A DNA stretch of 64,000 bases from Laetmonice hystrix. Its lineage: Eukaryota. A program made the position numbers and the translations under genes. The stretch lies in contig OZ249436.1 of assembly GCA_965235115.1 (NCBI GenBank), positions 58,900,001 to 58,964,000 of the forward strand, in the 5' to 3' direction. This document shows positions 12,662-26,500 of this stretch, piece after piece (the stretch's first letter is position 1; every line of letters begins with the position of its first letter). A model generated the notes under the pieces. That model made no database searches, was not told the DNA's origin, and worked only from the letters and a program-made list of their open reading frames with translations.

Positions 12662-15600
12662 GCCGACAGAACGATGTGGCGCCACAGTGGGAGGGGCAAG
12701 CCCTCGGCCGACCTTAAGATTTCATATGTATGGAACATTCTACAACATTCGTGACTAGGACCGACTGTACTGGATCGTGCGAAGTCGCCCCCACACTATG
12801 ATGTCAGTCCTAAAAACAACAAATTTCTTGATCCGACATATTTATAATAAAAAGAATACTAGTAATTGCAAGATATGCTCTAGCTCTCCGATTGATAGAT
12901 ATGCTTACTTTGTGAATCGCTGAATTTGATTACAGGTGCTTCTATAGGTAGGCTTAGGTGTCTTATCATTCATGAAAGGCAATGCTCGCAAACTCTGGCA
13001 GGTATCTACAGCTGTGGATTTTGATACTAATGAAATCAGTGAATATAAATAAAATGGCGCGTGTTTCAGTACTAACTTTCTCCCGAATGTTAATTAACCT
13101 GGGACGTTATCAAAGCCTTAAACTTAGTTCAATCATTCAATTTGGGACAATCAGGCGATTTAAGCTGAAATCAATTCGGAAATTGTCGGTGCCAAGATTG
13201 AAAGAGTTAACTGAGTGCATGCAATCATGAGCCAGAGGTTGGAATGAGAGCCAATGCCATGGTGTAATTAAGGAGCTAAATTACAGGTGAGGGTCATCCA
13301 TGGCACTCTGTTACCATGTAATGGCTTGTAATTCTATAGCAACATCAGAACTAGACTTGGTGGATGGCACTGAAGATAATCGACCAATTACCAATTTTGC
13401 CGCTCGCCTGTACAGAAAGGTAAGGAGGACATCTGAATATAGTTGACGGCAAAGTCTTACAAGTGGTATAGGTGAAACCTTTCTGAAACCAAATAAAACA
13501 CTCACTTCCATCGTAGGTTTATTTAATCACATAATCACATACACCTTTTAGGAGAGAATCGGGTCACAGATAATTAATTGTGTTTCGCGTCAGAAAAACG
13601 CTGCAATCATCGTATGAGGATGGCGCTGATCTGGACGGCCGTGGTGCCGTCCTTGGTCGGCCTCAGTCAGCAGCTTGCTGCTTGCCGCCCTTCGAGCTGA
13701 AGACGGCCACTTTTTGTACTGGATGTTTGAGTTAATCTCTCGCTTGGTCTTTTGTTGTAGTCAGGGCCTACACGGGTCAGCCAGCGGGTGCCAGCAAGTC
13801 TCATCAAAGCACGTTGCCTCTGTTTGACTACTTTGTTCGTGAAAAGTTAAAAGAATGAACAGGACAGGCTTGTCACTGACCCTTCCATTGAAGGCGACCT
13901 GGCAGCCCGCGTATAGACGCCTCTGACAACAATCAAGGGATGCCCTTCCACTGGACAGTGAAAGGGTTCAAGAGGCCAGATCATACCGACAACAAACCCG
14001 GGACGAACACACTTCCATGGCTCTTGGGATTTTAACGGAGCGCGTGTGGTATTGGTGGTATTGGCGGAAGGATCTGGATCAAGTTCCTCCAGAAATATGA
14101 ACGCCCTCGCCGTGAAGTATCCTATTCTCTCCAAGTGCTCATTCCACGAATCCTTGCTGCCCGCTCTGACTGTCTGACTGCACACTTCATTTCTATGCCG
14201 TGTATGTATTGCGGGCAGTTCATCAATGTGAGACCAAGACAAAACAATCAGTCCGCCTAATCCATATATGATCTGGAACAAATTTATCACTCAACCTTTC
14301 TAGACTAGGTCTTGTGATATATAGACGGCTTATCCCTGTCTAAAAATACTCCAATGGCAAGATAGACAAATATAATATAATCGATCGAGGACTCGGGATA
14401 CTTGGTTTATTAGGTCCCAAAGCATGAATCCTCATGCCGTTGTTAGCGAAGCCTCTATGGCTCAATAACTAGGCATACGGTTCAATATATAGGCCTACAG
14501 CAATAAGGTTGGGAATCTAGAGGAACTTAATGATTAAAATGCTGTCCTCAATCCTGGATAGAAGATTCCTACTTGAGAATTTGTGATCGGAAAGAGGAGT
14601 CAAGTGATCGATCGACCAATCACGAAGAAGTCCGATTCATTTCTGCCCTGGAGGCTTGATGTGGTTACGAAGACCGTCACTACAGACGCGTTATCAGTTT
14701 AGATCTACTCCTACACTCTCGGCCTAATTGGTCCCCCACATTATAGATAACCTGCGGATCTCAGTTCAAGTTCTGTCTTTGCCTAACAATAGCAGATTGT
14801 ATATTCAAAGTGGTGGTGTGGAATTGGCACCCCCGTCCGTCCACTGACTGTGTAATCGGGTCTTCATCTAGTCGGTCCGGGCGGCCACAATGAGCAGCCC
14901 CCGGCCTACACCCATCACTGATGAGCAGACTAGACTCGATGTCATGACAGGTCAGGGTACGTCGTGACCTATCGAGACACTAATTTGTAAACATTACCCC
15001 TCGTGTGGCCATCGGCTATGTCAGTTCTTTCACTGCATGCTGTCCTTCACACCACAGGCTTTGGTCGATTACAAACCAAGGGGGATAAATAAAACCCCTA
15101 ATGCGAGACGCGCGGTACGTTAGCCGCCAAGAGAATGGTCACGCCAATGACGACTTTACAGTCGTGCTGCTCTCAGCGAACCCTGCTCCAGTCTGACGGC
15201 ATCAAACAGCACTGGTAATTGGTGATGTACGATCTCTAATAAATATAAACTTACTTCTGGCCTAGCCGGGACTGGCGGGGGATGGGGGGGGGGGGGGGGT
15301 CGGTCATCATATTACAGCACACCTCATGTTCTGGCAGGTAACATGGCAAGATGATGGGTGTTCTCAAGATGACGACCTCCTGGCCTGACCCACACCAACT
15401 AAAGCTGCACTTTCTGATATGACACTACATTCCACATTACTATTAACAGCTCTCAAATGAAGATTGGTCTTGGCAAGTTGACGGCCGGTCAGTGCCTACA
15501 GCCCATACATTATATTCTATCACTTTCACCCGCGTTTTCATACTCATAGGTTGTTTTCTCCAAGCGTTGAGCGTCCTTGGTATTTGACCGACTTATTTTG

Positions 15601-16612
15601 TGAAATCAGTCATGCTCTGGACCCTATGATCACCAGTTGATTATTGTGACATGAGTGATCAGGAAGCACTTTCCATATGTCACGCACCGACCCTAACTGC
15701 TTCGCTACCCAAAACATGCACAGCCGCTTTCCAGGTTGCCAGAGCTTGTCGGGCTCTAGTGGCCTTCTTCAACAGTTCCATAATTGCAGCTGTCATCAGC
15801 TTTGGTCCATAAAATATTGGCCCCTTTTTTCTAGATATTCTTGCAATCGGTTCACGTGATAAAGAGAGTTCTTAAGGATTCCATAACAATAATAATACCT
15901 TTGAATAACCGAATGAGTCGAGAATAAAGACGTTTCAACGCCAATGTAGAACTTTACACCAGATTTAGAATTTTTTATACACGATACATGTATAATGAAA
16001 ATTGATGACTTTCTTTTGTCCCAAACATTTCATTACATGGTATGTAAAACGGTTCGGTAAACAGACTGAGCCGTCACGGTTGCGAAGTACTGCCACAGAA
16101 AAAAAATGTCGGTTATGTTCCTCGGAGGACCGGCTCTTTGTTTAATTCATCGGTGATGTCTCAATAACAATGAGACAGCGCGAAGATGACACATTTTTAG
16201 TATAGACGGTCCAGATATAATGGGTAGATGCGCTTAAGCCAGCACTCTCACACTAACTAAGGATTCATGGCTGGAATAAGAATTAAGAACCCGCCGGGAC
16301 CGACAATTAGTTTTCTTGAATGAAAAATCTTTCCTGTCAGCTCCGATGATCCTATGCTAATACTCGTGCGAGCGCTCGGAGCTAATTTTTCTGTTCTTAT
16401 AATGCATTAAAAAGCGAAGCCATCGTCCCACCAATTTATTTCTTGACTGCTGCGCCCAATGAAAGCATATACAGCACTTAAGAAAGAAAAAAGATAAAGT
16501 AAAGAAAAGCGGATATTGCAACAAGAAAACAATAAAAAAGATAGAACTTTAAACAGTCCAAGAAAAATACCCCGTATTCGTGAATGTTGATGAAATGATG
16601 ATAAATGCCTAC

Positions 16613-16722
16613 CTTATATTTTCCCAGGTAGTCTATAGAACATGGCAATACAGCTGTCTGGCCGGCTACCACTGTTACGTTGACGAGCGGAACATCAAAT
16701 GTTGGTTCCAGACCAAGCACTG
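16613..16722 (-). CDS. Internal coding exon of a lachesin/DIP/IgLON-like immunoglobulin-superfamily cell-adhesion protein (start of the first Ig domain)
   Basis: Translates as (A)VLGLEPTFDVPLVNVTVVAGQTAVLPCSIDYLGKYK. This matches the P-x-F-x3-x-NVTV-x2-G-x-x-A-x-L-x-C-x4-LG-x-YKV-x-W start of lachesin/DIP-type Ig domains. The exon is bounded by a pyrimidine-rich acceptor (tttactttgtttcag) and a GT donor (AAG|gtaggc). It is 110 nt, phase 1 in and phase 0 out. Confidence 0.85.
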
Positions 16723-17760
16723 CTGAAACAAAGTAAATATTTAGATCAGGGACGTTCATATATGTATCCCAAGACCGCTTAATTAACAGTTATCATTATT
16801 TTTTTACAAATATAAATAATGTAGATCTGCCCCCATTTATATTTATTTATTTATGGAGAATTTTCAAAATTTGTTAAAAAGGGATGAATTGAGGTATTAT
16901 CAGTGAAAGGATGACTATTCAACCACTACACTGTAAACTTTTGGGACCGCACTCCTTTCTTAACACAGATCTTACTCGGTAATATGACACGTTCTTCATG
17001 AAGACGTTAATGTTTGAGAAATTAGAGAGTTCTTTGTGAAGTCGACCAATAAAGGAGAATAAACAGTATGGACTATGATTATTTTCATTGTCAATGAGGA
17101 ATCACCGTTTGAACAGCTCTAAGGAGGGCAACTGATTGTGGCTAATACTTGGTGATTGATCTAAGACATTTCAGACAATTGAAAGGAAAACATTCAGCAT
17201 TTAGCGCACAATATCTGCTTCCCAAAAGTAGTTAAACACAAAACATGATGAAATGATAAAGAGATTGGGGACGCACCACATTACAACCAACGAATAACCC
17301 CACACAGATGAACGGAAGCATGAAGTATTACTTAATGAGGCAGTATCAATGCTAAACGTATCCTCCCACCAAACCAAAGCTGAGCTACTCATTATTATGG
17401 ATTTTTGTTCCTGTTAATCAAACCCAATCGAATAATATGCTGGACACGGTACCTATTTAATTAAACAAATCATTAAGAACGACTGGGTTGACAGTAAATC
17501 AATATGGGGACAGCAGATAGACAGTCTAAACAATAATTAATCAACAAACATTTGGTATAATAGTGTTTCCATATTTAGTTCCCATTTTACATCCAATTGA
17601 GGTCAATGTCTTCTTGATTGTTTCCAGTTTTCAGAAATTTTAGATGCGACACATCCATCTCCCTAATCGTCGTGAACAGGAGGATCATCGTGTGTAATTA
17701 ATAGAAGTGTTGGTCCAACATGTTTTCGCTGGGAGGTTGTTGTTAGTCACGTCTCAACAA

Positions 17761-17952
17761 TTAGGATATAATTTGGATTTGGTGGATCAGCATGTTTCCT
17801 GCTGCCCATTAGGATAATATGGATCTAGTGGATCAGCATGTTTCCTGCTGCCCATAAGGATAATATGGATCTAGTGGATCAGCATGTTTCCTGCTGTCCA
17901 TTAGGATATACTAATATGGATCTAGTGGATCAGCGCGTTTCCTGCTGTCCAT
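17761..17952. repeat. ~46-bp tandem repeat, ~4 copies (ggatctagtggatcagcatgtttcctgctgccca..aggataatat)
   Basis: Directly visible, with small indels between units. Confidence 0.9.
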
Positions 17953-18480
17953 GTTTCAAGAATTCAAGAGGAAACTATGTACATTTTCTTTTGACTAAAA
18001 ACGCACTGAGAACGGTGTAACTGGCCTCTATCAATTTAAATATTACCAAGCAAATGAAATGATAAAAGCGCTATAAAAGAGTACATGTACTACTACTATT
18101 AGTAAACTAATTCCATATCATTGACATAGGAGGGAGGTATGTTGGTCCAAGAGAAACCAATATAAATTGAGTTCGTATTACTATAATTAACAAATACATT
18201 ATTTGTCACCAATATGGGAGGATGAGACAGAAGCCATCTAAATATAGCACAGTATTAACTCTATGGTGGCGGATTCTGAGTGTAACAATCATCATCTTCT
18301 GATACCGACACTAAGATCTAAGATATCTGCAACCTGTGGCTGACATACTGTCACGGGAGACATCTCTGCTTGGCAGGAGGAGACAATACTTAACCTGAGT
18401 CATCATCAAGCTCATCATCATATGCATCATTGTAATCATATCCAGTGTCCCCTTCCGTCTGGGCTGTAAAAAGACAAATA

Positions 18481-18960
18481 GACATTGACAACCACCGATC
18501 TCATGGCTGACATTGACAACCACCGATCACATGGCTGACATTGACAACCACCGATCTCATGGCTGACATTGACAACCACCGATCTCATGGCTGACATTGA
18601 CAACCACCGATCTCATGGCTGACATTGACAACCACCGATCTCATGGCTGACATTGACAACCACCGATCTCATGGCTGACATTGACAACCACCGATCTCAC
18701 GGCTGACATTGACAACCACCGATCTCACGGCTGACATTGACAACCACCGATCTCATGGCTGACATTGACAACCACCGATCTCATGGCTGACATTGACAAC
18801 CACCGATCTCATGGCTGACATTGACAACCACCGATCTCATGGCTGACATTGACAACCACCGATCTCATGGCTGACATTGACAACCACCGATCTCATGGCT
18901 GACATTGACAACCACCGATCTCATGGCTGACATTGAAAACCACCGATCTCATGGCTGACA
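18481..18960. repeat. 28-bp minisatellite, ~17 copies (gacattgacaaccaccgatctcatggct)
   Basis: Highly homogeneous array. The unit is not a multiple of 3, so it is non-coding. Confidence 0.97.
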
Positions 18961-20879
18961 GAACAGCAAACAACGTGTTCAATAGGAGCAGCACAGCAAG
19001 TGGCAACACAGCACAACCCAACAGGTCCTCTTGTCATATCATATGCCTTTCTTCCTTGATGATGATAGTGGGGAATGGAGGGAGATTATGATAAGAGAAA
19101 TGTTTACAGTTAAATCTAAAGAAAAATTAAAATTGAAAGAAAATCCCCCACGTGAGAGAGTCCGTGTATGCATACGAGTGATATATGTATCATAAACTGG
19201 CAGTACATGAAAACATTCATGCACTCTAGTGAATATGGCAATGACTGATCATATGATATATCTAAAGTTCGATGACTTTTCAAACAAAGAAACGTTCCGT
19301 GCGTAGAGAGCACAGATGTCTATTACTTTCTGAAGAGCATCTGTTATTGAAGATACCACCCCTTGTTCGACCGTCTTACTGCTGTCTTCCGTAATAAATG
19401 AAAACCTCAGTTCCACGGAAAGGATCCTTTTTGCTCACATTCATCTTTACTTCTGCCTCCCTTTGTAGAAAACTATGGCAGCACAGAACACAGCATTGTC
19501 TTCAAAATGATCAATTGTAGCAATGGGTACAGGAACTTACATCATTCCTAAAACGTAGGTGATGTACATAATAGGCCTTATTCATCTTAACCTTTTTACT
19601 CACATTGTATCGAGTTGCCTCAATAGGCGGGAATGGAGACAGGTGAGCAACGATGAACTTTTTGGGGGTTTGTTTTTCCATAGTTGGTGCCAACGTCTGG
19701 CACTCCAATATATAACTGCTTGTAGCTCAACACGAGATGGCACTGTCGGAGGACCACACCCTCAGCTGTCAGGTCGCGTGCCATGTCCGCTATGGACACA
19801 TTGGATGGAAGGGCATACAGAATGCGATTCTTCAATTCTCCATGTCTTGCGATGATTCCCTAAATGGTTAACGACCAATCGTTGTTCTGGCTGACTTTAT
19901 TTCGGCACTTTAGATCAGATTTGCTGATATTGATCCGTTTATTGCCATAAGATAAATATTGTATTTCATATGTATCCTTCCATTTGCCTTCACAAAGGCA
20001 TATTTGGCATGTCGTTGGTGTGTGCTTGTAGTTTGTCCATTAGGGACCTCAGATAATAGTATTGTACCCGTTGACCACAGCCTGCTTCTCTGGCCAAACA
20101 TCGGAGGCACGTAATTCCAGACCAGATAGCAGTTTCCCTACGCTTGCCATGAGACAGTTACGTATATCATTGTTATTTCAACCTATTTCAATGTTATCTT
20201 CTCATTGTGCATGCTCTATGGGAAAAAGGTGCCCTTCATTAACTTGGTGAGTGACAACAAATAGGATAAAGCATAAAAAGCATGGGTTTGAATTATTGAT
20301 AAGTCATCACGTAAATTGGGACGCCAGGAGCGCGTTCGCTATAATTATGGGGATTTGTCATCTCTACTCTCTGTAGCATGGCGACTCTTATCCCGAGGAA
20401 TATTTGTAGAATAATATACTGGCGCATATATCATTGATATCTAGTGCTATAGAGGTATTTGTCACAAATAGTGGTAATGTTCCGTAGACAATATAACACA
20501 GACCCCTCATACGTATAATATCACACCTTGAGGAACTCTAAGAATACTAGATGATCCTATTATGATTGGTTTCCAATACTGAGGAATGCCTCGCTTAGCC
20601 GTTCTCTATCCACTTTGCATTATGTATGATGGCTGGGTAATGAATTCTTCTCACGAATTCTATTTATGACATAAACTCAGGAAGAGGAACCGAGTGGTCG
20701 CAATTATTTACAGGTGGGAAGGTGGAGCTAGCAGGTGCAATTAACTTCAGCTAATCTACTATACGATCCTTATAAATGAAAGCCATCCAAAGAACGCATG
20801 GACACATATCGGAAAACGCAGATCAATTTCAAATCATATAAGATGCCCTGTATTTAGAAAGAAGGCATCCAAAATTTTC

Positions 20880-21046
20880 GAAGGAGGAGGAGAATGGGGA
20901 GGAAAGTGAGAAGAAACCGAGGAGGGAAGGGAGGAAGGGGAGGAGGGAAAGTGAGGAGAAGGGGACGGAACGTGATGGGGTGGGAGAGAAATAGGGAGGA
21001 GGAGAAGGGGGAGGAAGGAAAGTGAGGAGGAGAAGGGACAGAAGAA
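20880..21046 (+). repeat. G/A-rich polypurine low-complexity tract
   Basis: ~165 bp made almost entirely of G and A. It accounts for the S/P/F-rich ORFs at 20834-21115. Confidence 0.85.
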
Positions 21047-22242
21047 GTAAGTAGACATGTCGGTTGAAGAAGCACTATAGACTTCAGTCAGCACCGCCAT
21101 GAACGTGTATGTCACGCTATTTGATCATGATGGTGAAGGTCGAAGATTAGTGTCCCAGCCTTCCTCAGCCATGCTCCTGATTGAGCGAAACGTGACAGCC
21201 ATCAGGATTGCCCACAGGCTTGCACTATATCGGTATACACGGCAGGACCTTCATACAGACTCTCCAATAGGGATCTCCCCCATAGTCAATTCTTTGGCAG
21301 CACAGAGTTGGAAATCCATTTTTCAGTATATGTTGGCACAAATTTAAATACGTTGCATTTTTGCTGTTTTTTCTCTCAAATACCAGTATCTGAGGGTAAA
21401 TGATTTTATATTTACCTCCTACATGGAGGTGCTCATGTTATACCAAAAGGATGTTCAGGTGTGCACCGATACGCTTTACAGGTTTCAAATTACACCTCTG
21501 ACATATACAGTATAGGCCACCCTCATAAAGGGCTCTTTATAAAGCCGATACATATATCCATTGAGGGCGTTTGATTGGTGTATGTATGGGGGAACGGATC
21601 CAATATGTGAATACGGTCATAGCAGTGGGCTTAATTAGTAGAATTCGAGATCTCTCATAAAAAACTTCTTTTAAGAATAAAACAAAGTTAGGTGAAGGCG
21701 ACGTGCCCCCAATGCCTTTTAAACCTGACGTGCCGTTAATCAAAGTGAACCCCCAGTACGAGAGATTGACTTGTGTGAGCTGAATAACCAGTGAATACAC
21801 TCACGAATAGCACTTATTGAAAAATGAGATGACTAATATGAAGACCGTTTAAATCATGTGTCTTATTACTTAGTGTTTAAATGTGGCCAGTATTACTTTT
21901 AGATATTCGTCCACAGCATTGGTATATAAGATGCTGCCATATTCAGCCATATACAAGCAACAATAAAATAGTTGCTTACAGTGTACATGTATATGATATG
22001 TACTGCATGACTTCCTTCCTGGGGTATTTTCCAATAAGCATTGGATGTAACACCAAACGGGCAAGATGTCTTGGGTTATATGAACCGGCTATTTTCATCA
22101 ATCCCAGCCATCTGTAGTGTACAGCTGAGCCCACCCATCACCTGACAGCACAAACAGGCGATATCTGACGGCCGTTTCCTTTGATGGAACATCAGGACAG
22201 TAGTGACAGGGAGAGACACAGTACAATATGTACCATCGGAAC

Positions 22243-23572
22243 TAAATAAGAGGGACCATGACAGAGTCATAGCACACAGTCATAACATACATTTGGGAAA
22301 CTTTGTTAATCCTTTAAATAATAAAACTGACCATTTAACATTTTAAATGTAGGACTTCATATAAAACCCATGTTGGTTATCTCTGAAACTAGTTTAATTT
22401 GTTGATGCATTCTGTAACAAAACAAAATATTCAAACCACAAATTCAATATAAACAATCCGCAAAGTAAGTACCGGCCCCCCCCCCCCCCCACCAAATACC
22501 ATTAAAAGAAAAACAATTAACGAATATGAACCTACTTTCTTTTGAAAGATTTTAGGAACTTACGAAACATTCTATGGTAGTGCTTCACTATAGTCGAGAT
22601 TATGAACGTAAATAAGAGGGATCATGACAGAGTCATAGCACACATAACGTGTTTCCTTTTGTGTTTTCTCCTTCCGTTTCCATTTTTAAAGGTAACGCTT
22701 AGAACATAATTACACACTTCGAAAATTTCGGCAGCTATCTAAACTGACTGAGACCAACCGGTCTGGGCAGACTGCTACCTTCCAAACCCTCCTAACAAGA
22801 CAATATGTATGTACCATTAGGCAAGATCAGGTTTGTTGACTGCGTGTAGAACAAAGACAGATGGCCATCCAGGGAGTTGCCGAGTTGTTTGAACATTAGT
22901 TGGTAATGGTCAGCTAGGGAACTGCAATGGTTCCTTATCCATGCATGATTTGACTTGCACGCTGGCCTCATTAGGAGAACGTCCACATCAAACCTACGAA
23001 GAAACAGTAGAGAAGCTTTCGCCCTTCTTCAAACTGGATGGCGATGCAAGGCGATCATTGATAGTGAACGGCGAGGCCCCTGGAACTTCGTAAATGAATT
23101 ATGTTCCAACAATCAAAGCCGTTGAGTGATTGGATTTCCATTGAAATAATCTGATGTTAGGGATGGCCTTGAACCACCAAGGTATCACCTTTTTACATAA
23201 TTTGGGAAACTTTGTTAATCCTTTAAATAATAAAACTGACCATTTAACATTTTAAATGTAGGACTCCATATAAAACTTTCTTGGTGATTATCCATGTTGG
23301 TTATCTCTGAAACTAGTTTAATTTGTTGATGCATTTTGTAACAAAACAAAATATTTATAATATTAAATGAAATGCCCTATTTGATTTGTCAAGCCAATCC
23401 ACAAAGTAAGTACCGGCACACCCCTGGCCTTCTTTTTCCACCAAAATACCATTAAAAGGGAAAAAACTAACGAATCTGAACCCACTTCCTTTTGAAAGAT
23501 TTTAGGAACCTACGAAACATTCTATGGTAGTGCTTTACTCCTGTCGTCACAAATAGTCGAGATTATGAACGT
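22243..23572. repeat. Two diverged direct copies of a ~330-370-bp AT-rich element (about 22285-22608 and 23200-23572); the first is flanked by a 35-bp direct repeat
   Basis: Shared blocks such as tttgggaaactttgttaatcctttaaataataaaactgacc and gaaagattttaggaac.tacgaaacattctatggtagtgct. taaataagaggga(c/t)catgacagagtcatagcacac occurs at 22243-22277 and 22609-22643. Confidence 0.9.
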
Positions 23573-26500
23573 ATAATTCTCGTGTACAGGTCCCTTACTA
23601 ACAACGGCTCATGATACACACAGATTTAATGAATTTTACATTTTTTTTACCATGAAATCTCTCACCAAAAGAAACCTCAGGATTCTAAACTACATGGACT
23701 ATAATACCACGTATAGAAAGAAGTCTGTACCAGGATTGGTATTTGCTATTCAATGTTAGGGATATCAGTCCCTTTCTTCTCCGATGTTTTGTGGTCTTTA
23801 ACTTATACAAGGTTGCAATGCCTTGGATGGACCGGGAGACCATAATCTACTTGGTTCAATAGCCAGTGTAACTGGGGTAATTACTCTGGGAATCGGTGGT
23901 CGTCTTTAAGTAGAACATATAGGTTTGGTTGACAACAAACGTAAGGTTAATGCTGCCAGCCATTCCAGTCTCCTCAATGACTATCTGTTTGGGGCGATGA
24001 TGCGTCAGTGTTTCTCAAAGGTCAATGCCGTCCCTCCCCAGGGTCCCATGTCCTTAGCCATCTGACTCGGACAGTGTCCATCTGGCCTCTTTTCTTCATT
24101 CGATCCGCATCGATTGACCACCAGTCGTTCAGCCTTTCACCGCACGTCATTGATCTAAACCCCTTCCTTTAAAGCAGCTACTGCCACCACCCGCATTTTC
24201 TTAGGTGTAATTATGAAATCCCCACCGTCCTTTAAGGTATCACTGGTCCATTCCCTGAGCCTGTCCCCGTGGTCTCGTTGGCAGAAAGAAGCTGGCGTGA
24301 ATGGGTCACTGTGCCATGGCCTATGAAGGGTAACATTTAGAAGTAGACCTCTTCAGGTCTTTCCCCTAAGCCCTCCTAAGTCCACCCCAGACCTTGGTGG
24401 TTCGTTTTCCCCAAATAATCTTTTAACCTCCCGATATGGCAGGATGCGGGTTTTGCTTGGGGTCTCCGATCTTTGAAGTGTCAGCCAAATTCACCAAGTG
24501 AAAGGCCAGCATGGCATCAAGGTGGACGCCTTGTGAAGACCATCTGCGGTGTCATCCAAGTTGCGCAGTGCCTGATCTCCGTGGATCAGTGGCCATAATC
24601 CCCTGTGGAGCCATTGTCGCTCAGCCTTTCAGCCTTGATCCTCGGCTGTGAAGCGGGAGCCTGAGCAGAAAGCAAGTGATCGTGTCCAACGAGAAACGAC
24701 AATGAAGCCATACATGGAAGCCATACAAGGCCCGTTATCCAGGTACACATATCTACCACCTTTGGATGTCGGGCAGTTTTCCCAGCGTTCACGACCAAGT
24801 CCCATCTAAAAGCATTGCACTGCCATCAGAGATTGCCTTTAACAACCATTTTATTTTTCGATAATCTTTAAAAATCTTTTGCAATGTGTTACGTGGCTAT
24901 TTAGTTACACAATAATACCTTCTTTGCTTCTATCTATAAAGAGCGCTAACCCCCCCCCCCCACACACACACACATAAAGGCAATTTTATTTCTTATTTCG
25001 TTTATAACTGATTATCCCTAGCTCTCAGAATTTTGTGGCTTTTAAGTGCACCAACACATGGCCACCGAAATTGCATTGAACCCTTTCACATTTCACATAG
25101 ACGCCTTTATTGCATTTCATCTGATAATGCTCTTATGGTGTTCGGCGTACACACGACCCGTGAGGAAGATTCTCAGGGTCCTGGACCATGTAGCCTCCAG
25201 CGCCGTGACTGGCAGATCTGGAAGGTTCGTCTGCGTTTCCGGAGGAAGAGGATCCTTTTACACAGCACCGCCTCTCAATCTACTCTAGCATGTCAGATCA
25301 TAAAGCCTAAACTGCTCTCCTCTTCCATGTCCTTGGGCCATTATAGTGGCGGCCGCTTGCAGGCAGAGGTCCTCCTTCTGATGTACAGCCTGCAAGCCAC
25401 ACGCCCATCTGACACGGGCCCTGATCGACGCTCCCGTCTTGATGACGGAGGGGAGACCTGGATAGACGTGCCTTCAGTTTTGCCCACATGGTCTGTCTGA
25501 TGGGCACACTGCCATCGGCCCTGTCTGCCGGAATGCTTCCCCCAGGGCGGATCCAGGACTGGGGGTCAGGAACCCCCGGCACCTTTTCCTCCCTTTCTTT
25601 CTCATAGTTTTGAGATCTGACCCTATGTGGCTCAGCTTTTGCCGGAATTCGCTCGCAGTGTATTTTTGCCGCAGTCTCTCTCTATGTCTCTGTATCTCTC
25701 TGTCTCTCCATATTCCCTCACTGTATCTCCCTCATGATTGAGGTAGTAAAACAGGTATCATGTTTTCCACGACAACTAAATGACACTTTTAAACGTTTTG
25801 ATGTCACAGATTGTTCATAAAATAGTAACAATATAAAGATGCGTCTAAGCAGGCCTTTGTACATTGTTCTAACCTTTAGTAAATGCTATGAAAGGCTATC
25901 AGAACTCATTTTAATAACCCTTTGATACATGTATGACACTATCAAGTGAATGCATCGAAAAAATGGCAGAGTTTCTTTGTGGAATCTTTTATGTACTGAA
26001 AAGAGATACACGCCGGTTTTAAACATGCTTTTGATACACGAGGAAGATCGCTACAAAAAAGCCCCGCCTTTCCTTTTGAGTTTCATAATTTGTTCCTTTA
26101 TATATGGAGGATAAAGGCTATAATAGAAGGATGGTTTGTGATCTGACCTTGGCGTGGGTCCAGAAAACAGCTGCCAAAACCTGCCTTTATGAAGGCAGTG
26201 ATTGGTATGCAATCATATTTTCGATGTTGCGTATCACCTCTAGATCAAAGAACTATTATTCACCAACAGTCTTAGACTCGTGCCGTGTTTACTCGACGCT
26301 GATCAGATTGGCTGCCTGCCTGAGCCAACAGACGTTTCCTGCCTGAAGACATCACCGGCACAGTCCAGGTACCGCCGGCCCGGCCAAAATTGCGTTTTGT
26401 CCTGAGCTGTACACACTACTGACGGTAATGAAAGAGTGAAGTGTGGATGCTAGCACACCAGTGAGATCCTGTCAGGTCCTGACATACCAACATAGGTCCA

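Noticed and set aside
14660-14889. Possible solo LTR (TGTGG...CCACA)
   Set aside because: The flanks (ttga and atga) do not form an exact TSD, and no second copy or PBS/PPT was confirmed.
16478-16759. 93-aa ORF as a complete protein
   Set aside because: Only the central 110 nt are Ig-like and bounded by splice sites. The flanks are intronic read-through (F/L/Y-rich, low complexity).
5224-18960. Regular arrays at 5224-5884, 17761-17952 and 18481-18960 considered as CRISPR-like
   Set aside because: The units are head-to-tail with no unique spacers, there are no cas genes and the context is eukaryotic.
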